In this document: positions 57,417 through 64,000 of the stretch, piece after piece | Position numbering within the stretch: the first letter of the stretch is position 1 | Layout: every line of letters begins with the position of its first letter | Assembly: GCA_019058445.1 (NCBI GenBank) | Contig: JAHPZA010000006.1 | Location: 1,056,001-1,120,000 of the forward strand | Direction: 5' to 3' | Source: Promethearchaeota archaeon | GTDB lineage: Archaea > Asgardarchaeota > Lokiarchaeia > Sigyniarchaeales > SOKP01 | DNA length: 64,000 bases | The notes under the pieces: model-generated | Database searches by the model: none | What the model was told of the DNA's origin: nothing | What the model saw: the letters and a program-made list of their open reading frames with translations, nothing else | Made by a program: the position numbers and the translations under genes

Positions 57417-58040
57417 TCAAATGTTAAAAGGTTTTAAATCTTGTTTTAAAAATTCATCATCTAATAAATTTTTATTGGTTAGTAAAAATTCGATATCTTT
57501 TTTCTCATCTCTGTACTCATCTGGTAACATCTGAGGGATAGTATCTATTATTGGGAACCATCGATTGCATTTTTCGCATAATAATAGTCCCGAATCAATC
57601 TCAGTTTCTATTTTGAGCTTATTTATGAAATACAGTTCAGGCAAAATCTCATCGATTTTTTTCTTTTTAATGTTTTTAGAAAATTCTATTATTTTTTGCT
57701 TAATATCCGTTTTTACTAGTTCAAAACTTTTTTTACTTATATTATAAGGAGATTTATCTGTGATATTGATTAACTCAGTTATACTTGAAATTATGAGGTC
57801 AATATACACTTCAATGGGATTTGTTTCAATAATTACATTGTCTTTTATGTAGCTATTTTCATTATCAGTTCGAATTTTAATAACCTCTTCCTTTTTAATC
57901 TGATCGAGATCTCGCTTATTATAAATATTGAAAAAAGATTCAAACTCATCCGAACCAGTTTCAAAAGAGAATATATATAATTTTAAGGGAAAATGTTTAT
58001 CTATCGGACACGCGAGTATATCAAATAACCAAGGTTTCAT
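57417..58040 (-). CDS. trm112: Trm112-family methyltransferase activator with large helical insertion
   Basis: MKPWLFDILACP..GLLLCEKCNRWFPIIDTIPQML; ATG at 58040. Confidence 0.85.
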   Translation of the reverse strand: MKPWLFDILACPIDKHFPLKLYIFSFETGSDEFESFFNIYNKRDLDQIKKEEVIKIRTDNENSYIKDNVIIETNPIEVYIDLIISSITELINITDKSPYNISKKSFELVKTDIKQKIIEFSKNIKKKKIDEILPELYFINKLKIETEIDSGLLLCEKCNRWFPIIDTIPQMLPDEYRDEKKDIEFLLTNKNLLDDEFLKQDLKPFNI

Positions 58041-58100
58041 AATTCTCTCCAAAGTAAAGAAGAAAAATGCATAAAAATCTATATTCTTATGAAAATTCAA

Positions 58101-59963
58101 CTATAAAAGATATGATCTCAACTGATTTATATTTTTATCAATGCTTCTATCAACTCGCTTTCGTCTTACGAGGAAATTTTCAGATAATTTTTCATATGCC
58201 TTTTTCGAGGGAAGTCTTCCTCTTCTATAGCGAGCATCTAAAAGATTTAAACTATCTTTAATACTTTCGCGTTCTGCTTCAAGAACTTCTATTTTACTAA
58301 TCAAATTTTCAAACGTGGCATTTACTTCTCTTACAATTTTTTTAAAAGGAATAATTTCCTTTTCTATTTCTTCAATTTTTTTGGTATTTTTATCTAAAAT
58401 ATTTCTATATTTCTTTTTTATGATCTTCTTTCTCTTAACATCTTCCTCTGCTTGTCTCACTTCTAATAAGAGTGCATTTTTTTCGTCATATAATGAGCAA
58501 AATTCACGTATTTCATTACTAGGGAGTAAATCTTTTCTAAAGGCTGCAAATGCTTCAGATTCTTTTCTGGTTTTAACAAAAAACACATATCCCGATGAGA
58601 TGAGTGCGATGAGTATAAAAAAGGTGATTGGTCTTAAACTCATGTCTAAATAATTAAGTGTGTAGGTAAACAGTATTTCCATCTCTTGAAACGGAACGAT
58701 ATAGTCAGATTCATAGACTAAGATTAATGCGTTTTGAGAATGTTCAATAGCAACCGGAGCTTCAGATACATAATCTAGACTGAAACACCCCTCAATAACA
58801 ACCTTTATGGTTTGATCTCTTCCCAGGTATTTATAGATGGAAGTGAGTAAATCCATGTTTATTGACACTTGAAACCAATTTAATGAATAATATTTTTCAA
58901 AAGGTAAAAAATATTGAATAGTGAACCTGAATTTTGAATCAGGAGTTATATCAACCCGATTTTCTGTTAAATCAATAATTAAATCTTTATATGTTAAATT
59001 ATAATAATTTTCCTCAGGATCAACTGTTACTCCTAATATTTCTCCTAAGTCATCATAGACTTTAATTTCTTTCGCGGGGCCAGGAATTTCAAATTCTAAT
59101 TCATTAAAATCTATTGCGCCTTTGTTCCTTATCTCATAATCTTCAGTTACTTTGATAATACCCCAAGGAGAGATGTAAATTTCTCTTACTATTTCATCAA
59201 ACTCTAATCTTGTTACCTCATCATCAGTTAATAGAATCTCAATTTGCTCACCACCATCCAAATTTTCTAAAAATGGATCAAGATGGTCTTTAGTAGGAGA
59301 GAAATCTCCCAATCTGAAAGTAATTGTGTCTTCTAAGGAGTCTTCATCTCCCCATGTTGGTTTAGAGGTTACTAAAGCAGTATCAGGTATTTCATATGTA
59401 GCTTTTATACTCCCTTCGGCTCTATAAGGCAATATAGGGTACACATACCCAGTGAAGTTAATTTGTTGAGTTGAAGCACCTACTTCGCTATAATGGAGCA
59501 TATTTTTATATGAATGCGAGATTTTTATATCTAATGTTTCTTGAGGTCTTAGTGGGGTGTCGAAATAGATAGCAATCATTTCAAAATTTTTCATAACCAC
59601 CTCATCCTGTTCAACTGATAAAGTATTTCCGCTTTCGCCTGTAGCTTCAAAATAGACAAGATCATCAGATTGGGTTATAGGCACTCCTATAAAAATAGCA
59701 GTAATCGGGTTATCATTCATATTATGGATTTTAATCTCGTCTTCAATATTAACTAACCCAAAACCATTTAGTTCAGCCTCTCGTTCAATTTTCGTAATTA
59801 AAATATTATCGGCCCCCTCTAAACTTGCTGCGACTTTCGGCTGTTTTTTAGTTTTTTGATCATAATCGCAATTAATGTTAGAGGAGGTCGGAATTAATGA
59901 AATAACGATAATCATTAAAAGTAGCCCAGTGAAAATTAAAAACGCTTTTTTTTTTCTACACAT
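58101..59963 (-). CDS. Ribophorin I (OST1/RPN1) homologue
   Basis: Signal peptide, beta-rich lumenal region with REIYISPWG..V.EDY and VYDDLGEI, one TM, helical cytoplasmic tail. Confidence 0.82.
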   Translation of the reverse strand: MCRKKKAFLIFTGLLLMIIVISLIPTSSNINCDYDQKTKKQPKVAASLEGADNILITKIEREAELNGFGLVNIEDEIKIHNMNDNPITAIFIGVPITQSDDLVYFEATGESGNTLSVEQDEVVMKNFEMIAIYFDTPLRPQETLDIKISHSYKNMLHYSEVGASTQQINFTGYVYPILPYRAEGSIKATYEIPDTALVTSKPTWGDEDSLEDTITFRLGDFSPTKDHLDPFLENLDGGEQIEILLTDDEVTRLEFDEIVREIYISPWGIIKVTEDYEIRNKGAIDFNELEFEIPGPAKEIKVYDDLGEILGVTVDPEENYYNLTYKDLIIDLTENRVDITPDSKFRFTIQYFLPFEKYYSLNWFQVSINMDLLTSIYKYLGRDQTIKVVIEGCFSLDYVSEAPVAIEHSQNALILVYESDYIVPFQEMEILFTYTLNYLDMSLRPITFFILIALISSGYVFFVKTRKESEAFAAFRKDLLPSNEIREFCSLYDEKNALLLEVRQAEEDVKRKKIIKKKYRNILDKNTKKIEEIEKEIIPFKKIVREVNATFENLISKIEVLEAERESIKDSLNLLDARYRRGRLPSKKAYEKLSENFLVRRKRVDRSIDKNINQLRSYLL

Positions 59964-60120
59964 ACAATATCTTAACTTTCTTCAATTAACATAAAATAAT
60001 TAAAACAATTAATAAAAATTTATTATATTTTTATTCATACTTATTGAGAAAGTTTTAAAATTTTAGTGGTTTATATTATATATATATATATTTTGAATAC
60101 TAACTTATAACATTATTAAC

Positions 60121-60345
60121 ATGTCAGGTCGTCAAAGACAATCTCGGCGTAAGAAAAGGAGGAGTGGAAGTTCCCCAATGCCGATGGGCGGAGCGGGTTT
60201 AATGAGATTCTTTGAAGATAGTTCAATTGGTATTAAAATAGGTCCTATAAGTACAATTCTTATGTCCGCCTTATTAATTGGTGTCGTAATTCTAGCCCAT
60301 TTAGGAATCCTTGAATGGCTCTTCACTCCAGGTTCTACAGGTTAA
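60121..60345 (+). CDS. secG: Protein translocase subunit Sec61-beta
   Basis: AGLMRFFEDS..GIKIGP plus a single C-terminal TM. Confidence 0.93.
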   Translation: MSGRQRQSRRKKRRSGSSPMPMGGAGLMRFFEDSSIGIKIGPISTILMSALLIGVVILAHLGILEWLFTPGSTG

Positions 60346-60381
60346 ATCTTATCTATTGAAAAATCGAAGTGAAATTTCTTC

Positions 60382-60675
60382 ATGAAGATTTCTGATTTTC
60401 AGAATTTAATAAAAGAACTTTATTTTCATCAAGACTCTGAAAGGGGAATTAAAGACACATTCATATGGTTAGTAGAGGAGATTGGAGAACTTGCTACCTT
60501 ATTAAAAGAGAAAAGGCTTGATAAAGAAAAAATATCACAAGAACTTGCAGACATTATCGCTTGGACAATTTCTATCGCGAATTTATTAGAAATTGATATT
60601 GAAAATGCATTAAAAGGAAAATATCCAAATAAATGCACAAAATGTAATAAAAATCCATGTGAGTGTAATAAATAA
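60382..60675 (+). CDS. MazG-like nucleotide pyrophosphohydrolase
   Basis: EEIGEL..ELADI, C-terminal CxxC..CxC. Confidence 0.88.
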   Translation: MKISDFQNLIKELYFHQDSERGIKDTFIWLVEEIGELATLLKEKRLDKEKISQELADIIAWTISIANLLEIDIENALKGKYPNKCTKCNKNPCECNK

Positions 60676-60852
60676 TAACCCTCTAAAGGACTTCTTCTAA
60701 ATATTCTTTGTAATTTAAAAATATTGTATTAGTTTTAATGTTAACTTTAAAAAAAAGGAATAAACGCAAATCATCGGTTTTAAAATAAAAATTTAATATT
60801 TTAGAACTTATAATTAAATAAATATATATCAAAGTTCTTTACACATTTAGTT

Positions 60853-61608
60853 TTGGATATGAACAATATGGACAACATTATGATTAATCCTGATGCGAAA
60901 ATTGATGATAGTGTTTTTATAGACGATTTTGTGGTAATCGGTAAGGGAGTCACAATTAAGAGTGATGTATATCTTTCCAAAGGAGTTAAAATTTATGGCA
61001 GAGCATTAATAAAATCTGGAACTTATGTTGGAGAGAACTGCATTATTGGGCACCCTCAAAGAATTCATTTGAAGGAAATTATAGGAGCTAAAAAAAAAAA
61101 ATCAGACTTTGAAAGTCCGCAAGTTGAGATTGGGAAAAATTGTACTATCCGTGCGGGAACCATTATTTATTCTGAAGTTTCAATTGAAACTAATTGTCAA
61201 ACTGGTCATAATGTATTAATTCGAGAAAAAACCGCAATCGCTGAGAATACTTTAATAGGTACAAATAGTATTATTGATGGTAATGTATCTATTGGGAGAA
61301 ACGTAAGTATTCAAACTGGAGTATATATCCCTCCTTTTTCTGTTATTGGGAATAATGTTTTTATGGGACCATATAGCAAATTAACGAATGATAAGTATAT
61401 GATGCGTAAAACGTATGATTTAATTGGTCCTACTATTGAAGATAATGTGTCTTTAGGAGCCAACTCGATTATCTTTCCAGCTATTAAAATACGATTCGGC
61501 ACCATTGTAGGAGCAGGAGCAGTTGTTACCAAAGACACTAATGAGAAAGAAATTATAATAGGAAATCCGGGGAAAATGTTAAAAAAAGTTCCGGATGACT
61601 GGAAATAA
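60853..61608 (+). CDS. Hexapeptide-repeat sugar N-acetyltransferase (WbpD-like)
   Basis: Left-handed beta-helix repeats, GP..LTND, GAGAVVTKD, GNPG. Confidence 0.88.
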   Translation: MDMNNMDNIMINPDAKIDDSVFIDDFVVIGKGVTIKSDVYLSKGVKIYGRALIKSGTYVGENCIIGHPQRIHLKEIIGAKKKKSDFESPQVEIGKNCTIRAGTIIYSEVSIETNCQTGHNVLIREKTAIAENTLIGTNSIIDGNVSIGRNVSIQTGVYIPPFSVIGNNVFMGPYSKLTNDKYMMRKTYDLIGPTIEDNVSLGANSIIFPAIKIRFGTIVGAGAVVTKDTNEKEIIIGNPGKMLKKVPDDWK

Positions 61609-61654
61609 TAAAATGTTAAGTATAATTCATTTTTATATGATATAGGGAATTTTT

Positions 61655-62758
61655 ATGGATCTTTCAGATAAGAAAATATGGTTTGATGTAGAAGAACCGA
61701 AGACAGCTGTGATGTTTCAATCCTTATTTGAAATGTTTCAGGATATGGGAGCAGAGTTGCTCATTACAGCAAGAGATTATGATTCAACCTTTCACATCTT
61801 AGATGACCTTAATTTTAATTATTATAAAATTGGAAAACATGGTGGTGAGAGATTAGATGAAAAATTACAAACATACATCCAACGCCTTAGTAAACTCCTC
61901 CCACATGTGAAAAACTTTTCTCCTCATTATTTTATTACATTTTCTTCAGTTGAGGGGACTAGAATTGCATATGGATTGAAAATTCCATCAATTGGTTTCA
62001 ATGATGAGCCTCGAAATGAGCCAGTATGCAAATTAATTTTGCCTTTTCTTGACAATATTATTACTCCTCAATGTGTCCCATTAGAATGGTATATTAGTTT
62101 AGGAGCAGATCCTAAAAGACTTATAAGATATAATGGAATTGATGAAATTGCGTGGCTTTCCAATTATACTCCTAATCCTCAAGTGCTCGATAAATTTGAT
62201 TTAGAAAAGGGAAAATATATAATAATCAGAAGTGAGCCAAGTTTTGCATCATATCTTATTGATAAGCTAAAACCAGAAGAAACAATGATAAATCGTATTT
62301 TCCCCTCTATTTTTAGTGAATTTCCAAACCATAAATATTTTTTACTTGTAAGGACTGAAAAACAGGAGGAGTTCCTCAAAAAAAAGATGGCAAGATTCTC
62401 CAAATACAGGAATATTATAATTACACGATATTTACCTAACTTAGTGGATCTTTGTTTTTATAGTGCCCTAGTTATAAGTGGAGGAGGGACAATTGTTCGG
62501 GAATCAAGTCTTCTCAACAAGCCTAGTATTGAATTTTTTCCGGGAGATACCGCCCCACAAGAAAATTTTTTAGTTGATAATGGTTTTCCTTTAGAACACA
62601 TTAAAGATCCTAATATAATAATTGAGAGATCGATTCAAATCCTTCGACAAGGTCCATTACCTAACAGCTTCAACTTGTCTTTTAGGGAAAAAGTCAAAAA
62701 ATTCCAAAATCCAAATAAACTCTGTTTTGAGTATGTTAAAGAAAAATTAAATTCCTAA
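61655..62758 (+). CDS. DUF354 family protein (GT-B fold)
   Basis: KIWFD, ITARDY, IGKHGG, ISGGGTIVRES. Confidence 0.85.
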   Translation: MDLSDKKIWFDVEEPKTAVMFQSLFEMFQDMGAELLITARDYDSTFHILDDLNFNYYKIGKHGGERLDEKLQTYIQRLSKLLPHVKNFSPHYFITFSSVEGTRIAYGLKIPSIGFNDEPRNEPVCKLILPFLDNIITPQCVPLEWYISLGADPKRLIRYNGIDEIAWLSNYTPNPQVLDKFDLEKGKYIIIRSEPSFASYLIDKLKPEETMINRIFPSIFSEFPNHKYFLLVRTEKQEEFLKKKMARFSKYRNIIITRYLPNLVDLCFYSALVISGGGTIVRESSLLNKPSIEFFPGDTAPQENFLVDNGFPLEHIKDPNIIIERSIQILRQGPLPNSFNLSFREKVKKFQNPNKLCFEYVKEKLNS

Positions 62759-62776
62759 AATCTCTGAGCGATATGA

Positions 62777-63904
62777 TTAATTGGTTAACAATTTTCTATA
62801 GACTTCTTCTAAATTTTTACCAACTGAATCCCAAGTATATCTCTTAATAAATTGTTGTGCTTTCTCTATCATCTTAGATCGCTTATCCTCGTCATTAATT
62901 AAGTTAATAATTTCCTTCGCCAAGAGCTTAGGATTATTTGGAGGAACAAAGACAGCATTATCCTGTAGGACTTCTTTAAAAGCTGGCAGTGAAGAACAAA
63001 TAACTGGTGTTCCACATGCTATAGCTTCAACCGGAGTTAATCCAAATCCCTCAGCAGCATAAGAATAGATGATAAACACATCTGCCATAGAATAGTAAAG
63101 AGGAATCTCTTCCTCGGAGATAAAACCAAGAAAATGAATATCATCATACGTCCTTTTCCATTCTTGATACATTTTTTCCATGGAAAAGTCGGGTTTTCCA
63201 CCTAAGATTAAAGTCAAATTGGGTATTTGTTGTTTTGCGGATTTATATGCAGAGATGATATCATCAACCCCTTTATATAATGCTATTCGACCTATATATA
63301 ATATTATAGGACCATTGATCCCCAGTTTCTCTTTAAGTTTTTGAGCTTCTCTGGGATATGGCTTAAATTTATCTTCGATTGCGGAATATAGATTATGAAT
63401 TTTATCGATATTGATTCCATTTATAGTATTTTTAATTTCTTGCCTAATAGAATTAGAACAAGTTGTTAATAAGGTAGCTTTTTTTGCTGCCCGCTTAATT
63501 AAATATTTTTCTAGTGGAATTATGGAAAATTTAGTTTCAAATGGGCCTAAATCATGAAGGGTAGATATAAACTTCCTTTTTCTGCTCAATAAAACAAGGG
63601 GTAAGGAACCTTTTGGCCCGTTGCCATGAATAATATCAAAAGATTGACGTTTGATAAATTTTCTTACTTTAACAATAAACTGAGGAATCCAAAGAAAACT
63701 TTTTTTGATTACCTTAATTTGAATTATATTTGGATCATTAAGCTTTATATTCCATTTAGCTGAGATTAGCTTTACATTGATGTGATCTTGCTTGTTTAAA
63801 TAATCAAAAACACCCTTAATAAATTTAGCGCTTCCATCTTGACTATCTGGAGCCACGGTAAGTGATATGAGACATATATTAAGTTTTTTCATGGTAGAGA
63901 GCAT
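62777..63904 (-). CDS. Glycosyltransferase family 4
   Basis: YIGRI..YKG, EGFGLTPVEAIACGTPVI. Confidence 0.93.
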   Translation of the reverse strand: MLSTMKKLNICLISLTVAPDSQDGSAKFIKGVFDYLNKQDHINVKLISAKWNIKLNDPNIIQIKVIKKSFLWIPQFIVKVRKFIKRQSFDIIHGNGPKGSLPLVLLSRKRKFISTLHDLGPFETKFSIIPLEKYLIKRAAKKATLLTTCSNSIRQEIKNTINGINIDKIHNLYSAIEDKFKPYPREAQKLKEKLGINGPIILYIGRIALYKGVDDIISAYKSAKQQIPNLTLILGGKPDFSMEKMYQEWKRTYDDIHFLGFISEEEIPLYYSMADVFIIYSYAAEGFGLTPVEAIACGTPVICSSLPAFKEVLQDNAVFVPPNNPKLLAKEIINLINDEDKRSKMIEKAQQFIKRYTWDSVGKNLEEVYRKLLTN

Positions 63905-63933
63905 AGATATGTCTGATATTTAAAAATATACAT

Positions 63934-64000
63934 TTAGGTTAGCTGTTCAAATCCATCTTCAGTGATAAGTATGGTCTCTTCAGATTGAGCCACATATGCT
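63934..64000 (-). CDS. map: C-terminus of a probable type II methionine aminopeptidase (partial)
   Basis: Hand translation AYVAQSEETILITEDGFEQLT* resembles the M24A C-terminal AQxEHT..T.DG motif. Confidence 0.6.
   Translation of the reverse strand, partial: AYVAQSEETILITEDGFEQLT

Noticed and set aside
60077-60091. (TA)n run between RPN1 and Sec61-beta
   Set aside because: Short, and expected in AT-rich promoters; it may simply be a bidirectional TATA region.
954-62403. Short opposite-strand or overlapping ORFs in the track (e.g. 954..1424, 2988..3305, 4828..5049, 19302..19577, 47869..48201, 58315..58653, 60132..60326)
   Set aside because: Shadows of well-supported genes, with no motifs of their own.
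1-64000. Selenoprotein gene (in-frame UGA) or SECIS element
   Set aside because: The TGA-terminated ORFs I checked (rps19, rpl29, rnp1, cupin, RING protein, flavodoxin, trm112) end at natural C-termini, and I saw no convincing SECIS. This was a by-eye check, not exhaustive.
1-64000. CRISPR array, rRNA, transposase or integrase
   Set aside because: No regularly spaced repeats, long GC-rich RNA genes or recombinase motifs were seen.

Overview
AT-rich archaeal chromosome segment, most likely from an Asgard archaeon (Lokiarchaeia-like). The assignment rests on a Roadblock protein, Ribophorin I and OSTC-like subunits, and Sec machinery with a eukaryote-like SelB P-loop. From left to right the window holds: (1) a dispersed selenocysteine-decoding locus with SepSecS, a tRNA-Sec(UCA) split by two non-canonical BHB introns, and SelB/EFSec; (2) a probable cobalamin ECF S-component divergent from a DUF4430 surface glycoprotein; (3) an archaeal S10-spc ribosomal cluster (S19 to L15) lacking L3/L4/L23/L2, aIF1 and secY, with an uncalled uS14 that can only start at ATA/ATT; (4) housekeeping genes including tandem Nudix and M20 paralogues, two short RadA-like proteins, a TFE-beta/RPC34-like gene, rlmE, trm1 and class I FBPase; (5) an N-glycosylation/translocon cluster (DUF362, PHP, UbiA, large M48 protease, ALG7/AglH, two-intron tRNA-Gln, Trm112, Ribophorin I, Sec61-beta). 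Two single genes are bracketed by degenerate direct repeats. I saw no rRNA, CRISPR, transposase or selenoprotein gene. All family calls come from motif recognition by eye; no database search was run.
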